Shown here one piece after another: positions 24,020 to 31,233 of a stretch of 64,000 nucleotides of DNA (its first letter is position 1; every line of letters starts with the position of its first letter). The stretch lies in IMG/VR virus record IMGVR_UViG_3300037467_000561. The stretch is one strand, 5' to 3'. A program made the position numbers and the translations under genes. The notes under the pieces are model-generated. The model saw only the letters and a program-made list of their open reading frames with translations. It was not told the origin of the DNA and made no database searches. Source of the DNA: a virus.

Positions 24020-24595
24020 TTAGGTTTCTTCACTTTTCCGAGGTGTAGGGGCGGCAGCGATCATGGCATCCCATTCCTCGCCAGTTCTGAAAACCTCACC
24101 AATTGCTTCTGCTGCATCGATCATGTCCTGAGTAGGATCGACCGGTACGAGCTTCCAGCCATCCGGCACTACTCCAGCGGTGCGACCGTCGATGTAGGCG
24201 ATGATCGCCTGCTTAACTCTTGCTACTGAGCCATCGTCGCCGAAGTGGGAATCGCAAGCCGCTTCGGCGGCAAATTCATAGAGCAGCGATTCAAATTCGT
24301 CCGTGTCGATACCCGGCAGGTTGATATCTGCGATATCTTCCCCAATAGGGGAGGAAACAGGAGCAACTGACGTGTCTGCTGTGCGGCGGTTCCATTTCTC
24401 GATTGCGCGCTTCTCCGTTGACGAGTTATCGGCGTAGCCCGGTTTGCTGGTGTCACCTACAGCACTTCTAGAGCATCCACACGACGAGCACTGAACGGTA
24501 ACTTCGTTCGCATAAGCGAATCGCTCGTCCAACTCTTTCTTGTGAATTTTTGGCTTTCCTCCGCAGAACGGGCAAGGTTTCAGTTCGTCGCTCAT
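24020..24595 (-). CDS. Lar-family (restriction alleviation) Zn-ribbon domain protein with long C-terminal extension (191 aa)
   Basis: ATGA-coupled start at 24595. MSDELKPCPFCGGKPKI...VQCSSCGC...EKRAIEKWNRR matches the Lar motif pattern, followed by about 120 aa of unknown function. Confidence 0.6.
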   Translation of the reverse strand: MSDELKPCPFCGGKPKIHKKELDERFAYANEVTVQCSSCGCSRSAVGDTSKPGYADNSSTEKRAIEKWNRRTADTSVAPVSSPIGEDIADINLPGIDTDEFESLLYEFAAEAACDSHFGDDGSVARVKQAIIAYIDGRTAGVVPDGWKLVPVDPTQDMIDAAEAIGEVFRTGEEWDAMIAAAPTPRKSEET

Positions 24596-25482
24596 TTCGC
24601 CTCCTGTTCCGCGCTGGAGGCGATTGCTGCACGAGCGCCGAGTAGTACAGCGGCAACACGCATCTGTTCGTATGGGCCAAGCTCCTCCCCATCCTCTCGG
24701 TGAAGGCACAACAGTTCCATTGCCCATTCTTTGTTCAGCGCAGCTTCCCGGCTGGGTGCTTGGGCGCTATTTGTCTCGGATGCGAACATACCTTGCTTCC
24801 ATTTGGGCCACGTCTCGACAAGGTCCGATGCCCGCTGCAAGTGAGCAAGGAATTCGGATTTACTGTCCCCGCTCGCGCTTGCCGTGGTAGTGTCTTCTTG
24901 CGAATCCACTGTTGTATCCGCTGGCGCGTCTACTGTGGCCGCCGGGGTGGCGCGAAAATCGATCAGGAAGCATTCGATCTCTTCCATTGCCGCATCCAGC
25001 GCCGGCTCGTTCTCGTTGTTCCATGCGCGCGCGGCGTCCTGCAGAAGCTTCATCATTTCGACAACCGCCCCGTCCTTCTGGCTGACTGCGGGCGATTGCA
25101 TCCGTTCCGTCTGCGATTGAACTACTCCTGCGTCGTATTTCGATGCGAGGGCGGCGCCCCATTCGCGCCATTCCTTCATTTCCTGCTCGATCAGATAATC
25201 GGAGTGCGGCTGTTCGTGCTTCGGATAGTCATCGCGGCGATCCTGCCAACGTTTCGGCATCGGAGGCAGCGCCCGCTCATCTGCCGAAACGCTCGGCTCT
25301 ACATCATCCTTAAAATGCTCACGCACAGCATCCACAGCAGCGTGTCTCGCTTCTTTATGGCCTCCCTTGTACGCGTAGTACTCCCTGGCTGTGCCAAAAT
25401 ACACATGCGATTGGCTGCACGGAATATTCATGATTGCCGTGTTCAGCTTGTCAATATCGTACGGTGTACGTGTGTCTGTCAT
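24592..25482 (-). CDS. hypothetical protein (296 aa), G+C-rich
   Basis: Longest frame in a region where all six frames are open. Consistent coupling at both ends. Confidence 0.55.
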   Translation of the reverse strand: MTDTRTPYDIDKLNTAIMNIPCSQSHVYFGTAREYYAYKGGHKEARHAAVDAVREHFKDDVEPSVSADERALPPMPKRWQDRRDDYPKHEQPHSDYLIEQEMKEWREWGAALASKYDAGVVQSQTERMQSPAVSQKDGAVVEMMKLLQDAARAWNNENEPALDAAMEEIECFLIDFRATPAATVDAPADTTVDSQEDTTTASASGDSKSEFLAHLQRASDLVETWPKWKQGMFASETNSAQAPSREAALNKEWAMELLCLHREDGEELGPYEQMRVAAVLLGARAAIASSAEQEAK

Positions 25483-25483
25483 A

Positions 25484-25723
25484 TCATTCCTCCTTGTTCT
25501 TCATTGCACGGATTTTAGCCGCAGCCTCGTGGCAGTTCTCCACCTGCATATCACCGGGCTCTACATAGGTTTCATCACAAACACTCGCAGCACGTTCCAA
25601 CACAGCATCCTCAATAGCATCCTCAATAGCACGAGCAAAGGCAATGTCATCAGGAGTGCAACTATCATCTGCAAAGCGTTCGGCAATGATCTGCCGGATA
25701 TCGTCGTCGGTAAGTTTGGTCAT
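25484..25723 (-). CDS. hypothetical acidic protein (79 aa)
   Basis: ATG 25723 (MTKLTDDDIRQ...). The track extension to 25852 merely translates the T-tract (FFFFFFF) and is rejected. Confidence 0.5.
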   Translation of the reverse strand: MTKLTDDDIRQIIAERFADDSCTPDDIAFARAIEDAIEDAVLERAASVCDETYVEPGDMQVENCHEAAAKIRAMKNKEE

Positions 25724-25756
25724 TTTGTTCCGTCGTATGTTTGTTAAGACAGGATC

Positions 25757-25785
25757 AGTGTAGCCTAAGATTCTTATGAATGCAA
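25757..25785 (-). promoter_or_regulatory. sigma70-type promoter TTGCAT-17-TACACT directly downstream of the T23 tract
   Basis: rc reads TTGCATtcataagaatcttaggcTACACT. The T-tract sits in the UP-element position. Confidence 0.5.
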
Positions 25786-25797
25786 GAGGGGGAGAGC

Positions 25798-25844
25798 AAA
25801 AAAAAAAAAAAAAAAAAAAATCCCCTAGTGGGAGGGCTAGGGGA
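25798..25844 (-). terminator. intrinsic terminator with a 23-nt T-tract
   Basis: rc reads tCCCCTAG-ccctccca-CTAGGGGa followed by T23 (A23 on + at 25798-25820). 29 nt after the stop of 25874-26575. Confidence 0.75.
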
Positions 25845-25873
25845 CAAGGCACAACAACGAGGGAGGGGATGCT

Positions 25874-26575
25874 TTACATTACACCCTTCAAAAGTTTCGC
25901 CAACTTCAGAGCAAACTGAAACTCTGCGTCCGAAACATCTTGGGCCGACACTCCGGGGCCAGGGACAACAGGTTCCATAATGCTTGGGTTGTCGGCAACA
26001 TGCTGGCTGATTTCCTTTACGTAGCGTTCGTATGCAGCCTTTGAACGTGCAGACCGTTCCTTGTCCTTCTTCTGATAGGCCCGCTTCTTCTCACCTTGCG
26101 AACGCTTCACAACGGCACCTTCCGGTTTCTCAGCGGAGGCCTTCTGTTCTTCCTGAGTAGCTTCCGGCTTCACGTCATCTTTGCGCTTGTTGTGAGCATC
26201 CACCATCGCTTGTGCGAGTGCTGTGAGATTGTTGCCATCCACAGGCTCTTTATCACTCTTCACAAGCGTGAGGTTGGTTGCCTCGACATCGTTGGTCTTT
26301 CGTGCCTTGCGAGGTTGCACATTGGTCTTTGGGAGACGAACTCGCACCTTCACTTCCGTTTCTGGGATGTTATTTTGTTGCGCATAGCTGTGGACAATCT
26401 TCTCGGCGGTGGCGATATCCACAGAGCCAGAAGCCATGTACGTATCCATGCCAATCTCGATTTCTTTGCCAGCTACGATAGCAAGCAGGCGCCCGTTGTC
26501 ACGGCTAGTGGCGTCCACAATCATTGCCTCGTGGGTCAGGGGTGCAGTGCGGACTACAAATTGACGAAGTGCCAT
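25874..26575 (-). CDS. hypothetical protein (233 aa) with Lys/Glu-rich central region
   Basis: AGGAGC RBS. Has its own promoter (26702-26730) and terminator. Confidence 0.6.
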   Translation of the reverse strand: MALRQFVVRTAPLTHEAMIVDATSRDNGRLLAIVAGKEIEIGMDTYMASGSVDIATAEKIVHSYAQQNNIPETEVKVRVRLPKTNVQPRKARKTNDVEATNLTLVKSDKEPVDGNNLTALAQAMVDAHNKRKDDVKPEATQEEQKASAEKPEGAVVKRSQGEKKRAYQKKDKERSARSKAAYERYVKEISQHVADNPSIMEPVVPGPGVSAQDVSDAEFQFALKLAKLLKGVM

Positions 26576-26701
26576 GATGTTGCTCCTATATAGTGTTTGC
26601 GTGTATTTAGTTAAGTAGCACTACTTACGTAGCGCATGTCATTTGTGCTTTGTCAGTCTCGACAGTCTTGTTGCCGTTCTGTCTTGTCCGTCGATAGATG
26701 C

Positions 26702-26730
26702 ATAATAACGCTATGGATTGTGCATGTCAA
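26702..26730 (-). promoter_or_regulatory. sigma70-type promoter TTGACA-17-TATTAT
   Basis: rc reads TTGACAtgcacaatccatagcgtTATTAT. Leader of about 120 nt to ATG 26575. Confidence 0.6.
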
Positions 26731-26791
26731 CAGAAATTTTCATATACCCCTAGATTTACGTTCAAAATCGTGGTAGCGATAGATTCTCACA

Positions 26792-27091
26792 TCACCTTGT
26801 GGCAACGCTGTATGCATAAACAGCACTCTTGTAGGCCATGTCTGACGCAAGTTTCGACTTTTTCGGCTTCAGTGTGAGAATCTTTGAGAATTTCACACGA
26901 AAAGTCTTTACATCAACGGTTTTGCGGAGTAACTTGATTGTAATTCTTGCGCTATCTATCTTCTGTACGGTGTTTAACGCTTCCGCATAAGAAGCATCCC
27001 TATCAGAATTGATAGGGTGTGCCCTGTAGGGTGAGAGTAGGATGAACACTAGAGATAGTTTTTGAACCGTGTAACGCACGGGTAGGGCCAT
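26792..27091 (-). CDS. doubtful ORF (99 aa), no RBS
   Basis: The only ORF of 60 aa or more in the 776-nt gap. No SD, basic composition. The region may be non-coding. Confidence 0.2.
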   Translation of the reverse strand: MALPVRYTVQKLSLVFILLSPYRAHPINSDRDASYAEALNTVQKIDSARITIKLLRKTVDVKTFRVKFSKILTLKPKKSKLASDMAYKSAVYAYSVATR

Positions 27092-27153
27092 CTATCGTCT
27101 TTTGAAAAGTAACCGCTAAGGATTAGTGGGAAGGGCACTCTTACGCCCAAAAT

Positions 27154-27316
27154 TTGCAGCCCTGGAGGCAGCAGGGGCGAGGTGCATCTAGAGGGTGGGT
27201 GGAAATGTATAGAAGGGCACGTTTCTTAGAACGTGTTTTGCGGAGGAAGACGGGTAGGAAACGGAAGAGAGTGCCTAAGATTGGGGAACCCTAGACACCC
27301 CCTCGTTGATCCCAAG
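27154..27316 (-). repeat. C-rich element, copy 2 (C-rich on minus strand), including 18-bp repeat copy 2
   Basis: Minus-strand order: CTTGGGATCAACGAGGGG (27316-27299), TCTAG..TTCCCCA, CACGTTCTA (27235-27), CCCACCCTCT (27199-90), CCTGCTGC (27175-68), GGCTGCAA (27161-54). Same order as in copy 1. Confidence 0.6.
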
Positions 27317-27351
27317 GGTGCATGATGGCTGGACCAACACCCAATTTATCG

Positions 27352-27969
27352 TTATGAAATCGGCTTAAATTCCAAATTCATTTTTGCCCCGTTCCATTCC
27401 TCGTGCATCTCCACAGCACGCTTTGCACTAGCAAGAATGTCGTCCAAATCTTCCTTCAAATCCTTATGCCCACGTTGACCGCTGGCAAGTGCCTTCTTGA
27501 GCAGATGTTGCAGGCAAGGGTCTTCCACTTTCCATGCTCGGATAACATCGTAAACATCAACCCACACGCCGGGCTTCACTTCGCGCATGTATTTGTTGCG
27601 TACAGGTCCTTCGTGATGAGTTGTGTCTTCATCGTCTACAATTTCAAAGCGAGACTTCTTAAAAGACATCCTTCTGCCATCAACATCGACAAACCAATCT
27701 ATCCCATGATTCTCACCAACTACGTCATACACCCTCCCAAGCTCTAACTCATTCTCCCAAGTGTTGTTGTTAATGCAACGTACCTTGAACGGGAATTTTG
27801 GCTTCTCTTCAATAATTTCGCAATGTTCAGGGCCGATGCCAATGTTTGCATCGTCAACAAGAGGGTAATAATCTCGTCCATCACGATGTCGCGTCTTACT
27901 TTCTACATCATACTCTTCACCAACCTTGTACCAATTGTCAACTGTGGCACGAACCACTTTAACTTTCAT
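27352..27969 (-). CDS. DUF3310-like protein (205 aa)
   Basis: ATG 27969 after GGAGGA. C-terminus VDVYDVIRAWKVEDPCLQHLLKKALASGQRGHKDLKEDLDDILASAKRAV resembles the DUF3310 pattern. Confidence 0.55.
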   Translation of the reverse strand: MKVKVVRATVDNWYKVGEEYDVESKTRHRDGRDYYPLVDDANIGIGPEHCEIIEEKPKFPFKVRCINNNTWENELELGRVYDVVGENHGIDWFVDVDGRRMSFKKSRFEIVDDEDTTHHEGPVRNKYMREVKPGVWVDVYDVIRAWKVEDPCLQHLLKKALASGQRGHKDLKEDLDDILASAKRAVEMHEEWNGAKMNLEFKPIS

Positions 27970-28073
27970 ACATCCTCCTAAAATTGTTGTGACGGCTGCT
28001 ATGATGACGCACTTCGTACGACATGTCAAGCCCCTCCGCGTAAGATTTCTAACAGCACGTCGTAAAATTGTTG

Positions 28074-28102
28074 TTGACATGTGCTTCGTTGCAGCCTACA
28101 AT
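28074..28102 (+). promoter_or_regulatory. sigma70-type promoter TTGACA-17-TACAAT
   Basis: TTGACAtgtgcttcgttgcagccTACAAT. Start of the long + strand replication operon. Confidence 0.65.
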
Positions 28103-28129
28103 GAGCGGACATTTTGACAAGGAGGATGT

Positions 28130-28438
28130 ATGAAGGAGTATCCTGTAGGTAGTGTATGTGTGATTGTGCAGGGTGACGGGCTTGTTTATGAGGACTACGT
28201 GGGCAAAGAGTGCACCATCATTAGCGGGCTAGCGGACAGGTTAGCTTTGCATCGAAGTCTGGACATGGTGAATATACACGGATACGTCGTGTCAAATCAT
28301 ATGGCAGGGTTTCGCGGGGTGATTGACCACATTAATCCACGCCTCAAAAAGCTTCCACCAGACGAAGCATTTGATAAGTTTCTTAACAAAGTTACTGAGC
28401 CTGTGATTAGTGATAAACCTGCGGAGGAACCATCATGA
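28130..28438 (+). CDS. hypothetical protein (102 aa)
   Basis: AAGGAGGA RBS. Confidence 0.55.
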   Translation: MKEYPVGSVCVIVQGDGLVYEDYVGKECTIISGLADRLALHRSLDMVNIHGYVVSNHMAGFRGVIDHINPRLKKLPPDEAFDKFLNKVTEPVISDKPAEEPS

Positions 28439-28665
28439 CCAAAACTGAACTGATGCACTACTGCTGGGACAGAGACTTTAGTTACACAGAGGTTCTTAAC
28501 ATTGCGTGCCGTTCAAACAGCACAGACATTCCTACACGAGAGGAGTACGCTAAATATTCACAAGAGTGTGTAGCAAGGTGGATAGATTGGCAGTATGAAG
28601 ACAGCCGTACTCCAGAACAGCGCGCGAAAGAGGAACTTGGCTTTGGAAATGATAGGGAGCGATGA
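28435..28665 (+). CDS. hypothetical protein (76 aa)
   Basis: ATGA coupling. Confidence 0.5.
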   Translation: MTKTELMHYCWDRDFSYTEVLNIACRSNSTDIPTREEYAKYSQECVARWIDWQYEDSRTPEQRAKEELGFGNDRER

Positions 28666-28904
28666 TGAGCTACACTGTGTGCGAAGACGATAAGCCAGCT
28701 ACGATGGCACCTAACACGTTCAAATGTTGGGAGATTGCTACGTTCGATACAAAGCGAGAGGCAGAAATTTATGCTTATTTGTGGTGCTATCCAGTGACCC
28801 GCGACGTTGCTGAGAAAGAAGCCCCTCAAATGAAAATTGGGGTGGCGTATGACTATGGTATGTTTGAAGTACCTGTTTGGATGAAGATTGTGGAGGAGGA
28901 ATGA
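28662..28904 (+). CDS. hypothetical protein (80 aa)
   Basis: ATGA coupling. Confidence 0.5.
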   Translation: MMSYTVCEDDKPATMAPNTFKCWEIATFDTKREAEIYAYLWCYPVTRDVAEKEAPQMKIGVAYDYGMFEVPVWMKIVEEE

Positions 28905-29789
28905 ATGAATTTTAAGCCAATGCTCGCATTTACTTGCGAAGATACGTCTACGTTGAAATACCCGTTGTACGCCAGCGTTAAACTTGACGGCATCCGTGTA
29001 ATTATTTTGGACGGCATAGTGTACAGCCGCTCCATGAAGCCTATCCGAAGCAAGATCGTTCAAGAGTTGTTCGGCAAGCCGGAGTTTAACGGGCTTGACG
29101 CAGAAGTTTTGTATGGCGATTGGGCTGCGCCTAACGTATTCAATCTGACAACCCAAGTGGTGATGAGCACAGAACTCAAAGATGAGTTCGATGAAGACAG
29201 AATTAGGCTGGCTGTGTTCGACGATATTTCTGTGGACGATGTGTATCATGTGCGGCTAAGTTCTGCCGCAGAACGATGCGATGGCAGTAAAGTTGCTCTA
29301 GCCGCACAACGTCTTATCAATTGTGAGAAACAACTTCTTGAGTTTGAGCAACAGTGTCTGGATGCAGGCTACGAAGGCGTCATGGTTAGGTCGATTGACG
29401 GTAAGTACAAACAAGGCCGATCTACCGCTAAAGAGGGCATCATTGGCAAGATTAAGCGATTCTCTGACGCAGAAGCTGTCGTGATTGGCTTCGAGGAGAA
29501 AATGCACAATACGAACGAAGCCAAGACAAATGAGTTGGGACGTACACAGCGTAGTCAGGCACAAGAAGGTATGGTTGGTGCGAGAACATTGGGCGCGCTA
29601 ATTTGCGAGTGCAACGGTATTCGTTTCACTATGGGCAGTGGTTTTGATGACGCTGGTCGGGCTGATGTGTGGGCCAATCGCGATAAGTATCTTGGCAAGC
29701 TTGCTAAATTTAAGTATTTTGCTGTGGGCATGAAAGACTCTTATCGCTTCCCAATCTTTCTAGGATGGCGAGATGAGGACGATCTTTGA
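28905..29789 (+). CDS. ATP-dependent DNA ligase
   Basis: 294 aa. Adenylation motif I SVKLDGIRV, later EGVMVRS and KFK-type motifs in the usual order for small phage ligases. Confidence 0.8.
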   Translation: MNFKPMLAFTCEDTSTLKYPLYASVKLDGIRVIILDGIVYSRSMKPIRSKIVQELFGKPEFNGLDAEVLYGDWAAPNVFNLTTQVVMSTELKDEFDEDRIRLAVFDDISVDDVYHVRLSSAAERCDGSKVALAAQRLINCEKQLLEFEQQCLDAGYEGVMVRSIDGKYKQGRSTAKEGIIGKIKRFSDAEAVVIGFEEKMHNTNEAKTNELGRTQRSQAQEGMVGARTLGALICECNGIRFTMGSGFDDAGRADVWANRDKYLGKLAKFKYFAVGMKDSYRFPIFLGWRDEDDL

Positions 29790-30199
29790 GCAGTGGCGGT
29801 GCCCTTCTCCTCGCCCTGATGCTTGCCCACGGGGCCCACGCCAAAGCGGCTGATGATCGCTGCTTGGCCTACACAGCACAGCGCGAAGCCGAGAACCAAA
29901 ACTTGCGAGCAGTGCGTGGCGTTGTGGAAGTGGTACAACACAGGATGAAGAAGGCTCACAAGAGTTGCAAGGCTGTTGTGTCGCAGAGAGGGCAATTTTC
30001 TTGGTGGCGTAAAAGTGTTACGATGAAAAACACGCCAGAGTGGTTGACACGGTACAATGAATCGCGTAAGATGCGTCCTGTGTTGCCCCGATGCGCTGAC
30101 CACTTTCATTCGACAGATGTGCAGCCGTCTTGGGCTAGGAAGATGAAAAGAGTTGCTAAGTTTGGTAAGATTGTTTACTATTGTGATGTACAAAATTGA
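29786..30199 (+). CDS. SleB-like cell wall hydrolase with signal peptide
   Basis: TTG start overlapping TGA. GGALLLALMLAHGAHA signal. AQREAENQNLRAVRGVVEVVQHR...QRGQFSWW matches the Hydrolase_2/SleB pattern. Confidence 0.65.
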   Translation: MSSGGALLLALMLAHGAHAKAADDRCLAYTAQREAENQNLRAVRGVVEVVQHRMKKAHKSCKAVVSQRGQFSWWRKSVTMKNTPEWLTRYNESRKMRPVLPRCADHFHSTDVQPSWARKMKRVAKFGKIVYYCDVQN

Positions 30200-30208
30200 G
30201 GAGGGGTT

Positions 30209-30529
30209 ATGAGTATTGACTACGACGCATTCTTGGGTATTGGTAAACGTTTTAGCTCTAAGGACGAAGCTATTGAATTTGTAGCTTCTGAGCTGAGTTT
30301 GACCGATGAACAAGTTGAAGAGTTTGAGGAGTACGAAGAGATTGGCGATGTTGCGGTCATGATTAAGTGCCTCGACTGCTATGCTGGCGATGATTTCTTT
30401 GTAGGATTTGAGGTTGGGGGTAGTGATGCAGATGATCTTAAAGATAGCGTAATCGATGCTGATAAAGCGTGGAAGGAACATTTTCCACATATTCAAGGTA
30501 GAGTTGTACATGCTGTGGTGGTTAGTTAA
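30209..30529 (+). CDS. hypothetical acidic protein (106 aa)
   Basis: GAGGAGGGG RBS. Confidence 0.55.
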   Translation: MSIDYDAFLGIGKRFSSKDEAIEFVASELSLTDEQVEEFEEYEEIGDVAVMIKCLDCYAGDDFFVGFEVGGSDADDLKDSVIDADKAWKEHFPHIQGRVVHAVVVS

Positions 30530-30551
30530 TTTATTAATTTAAGGAGAAGAA

Positions 30552-30707
30552 ATGAGTGCAGAAACTATCACGATTACCGTTGCAGAGTACGAAGAACTTC
30601 TGGATGCCCAACTGAAGCTCACTCATCTTGAAGGTGCAGGAGTGGACAACTGGGATGGCTACGATTATGCGATGGAAGCATATTGGGAAGAGAAGGGTGA
30701 GGAATAA
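30552..30707 (+). CDS. hypothetical protein (51 aa), below the track cutoff
   Basis: AAGGAG RBS. TAATG coupling to the next gene. Confidence 0.45.
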   Translation: MSAETITITVAEYEELLDAQLKLTHLEGAGVDNWDGYDYAMEAYWEEKGEE

Positions 30708-30919
30708 TGAAAACTTACGTGGAAGTGGCTGTAACTATTTATAAGAACGTACTTGTTGAAGTTGAACATGAAGAGGGATTGCACCAAGACGAAGTTGTTG
30801 ATAAGGCTATCGACGCTATTGACGCACCAGCCGATTCAGTTTTTGAAGTGATGGATGTATTTGATAAGAAGCCTAGCAAGAACAATATGGCTTTGTATGA
30901 TGAGTTCGAGGAGGTGTGA
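30707..30919 (+). CDS. hypothetical protein (70 aa)
   Basis: Coupled ORF. Confidence 0.5.
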   Translation: MKTYVEVAVTIYKNVLVEVEHEEGLHQDEVVDKAIDAIDAPADSVFEVMDVFDKKPSKNNMALYDEFEEV

Positions 30920-31233
30920 TGAAAAAGTCAATTATCGTACGTACTGAAAAGCATTACGAAATAGATATCGTTGATAGTGCACTCACTCAAGAATTTATCA
31001 ACGAGTTTGAAAAATATATGTGGCAACTAGAGGGCTACACTTTAGAAGAGAAACGTAACGATCTGTTTGCTCATGCGGCACGTCAACTGGCTCAGGGTGA
31101 AGAGTATTTTATTGAGGGTATCGGCAAGACAGCAAGTTTGCGCACACTCCCGTTCAAGCAAAAGCAAGGCGAGAAGATTGATGTTGTGTGGGTGGATACT
31201 TATGAGGATGTTGAGACGGAGGTGGCGGGGTGA
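30916..31233 (+). CDS. hypothetical protein (105 aa)
   Basis: Coupled ORF. Confidence 0.5.
   Translation: MMKKSIIVRTEKHYEIDIVDSALTQEFINEFEKYMWQLEGYTLEEKRNDLFAHAARQLAQGEEYFIEGIGKTASLRTLPFKQKQGEKIDVVWVDTYEDVETEVAG

Noticed and set aside
25798-25820. A23 tract considered as a poly(A) tail of a retro-transposed insert.
   Set aside because: No reverse transcriptase or target-site features are present. On the transcribed (minus) strand it is a T-tract directly following a hairpin, i.e. an intrinsic terminator.
25724-25852. Extension of ORF 25484-25852, giving a poly-Phe N-terminus.
   Set aside because: It is a translation of the T23 terminator tract. The promoter lies downstream of it.
24223-26593. 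Numerous long ORFs on both strands and in several frames (e.g. 24700-25518 +, 24860-25171 -, 26096-26593 +).
   Set aside because: The region is G+C-rich, so stop codons are rare in all frames. Only the minus-strand set has SD sequences, ATGA coupling and contiguous packing. The others are antisense or overlapping shadows.
26998-27017. Perfect 20-bp palindrome CCCTATCAgaatTGATAGGG, resembling tet operator half-sites.
   Set aside because: An 8-bp-arm palindrome with a given loop length is expected about once per 64 kb by chance. No TetR-like gene is present. It is kept only as a note under the 26.6-27.35 kb gap.
28482-30511. Long antisense ORFs 28482-29249 (-) and 29741-30511 (-).
   Set aside because: They lie opposite the ligase and SleB genes, which have clear motifs. 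They have no RBS and an unnatural composition.
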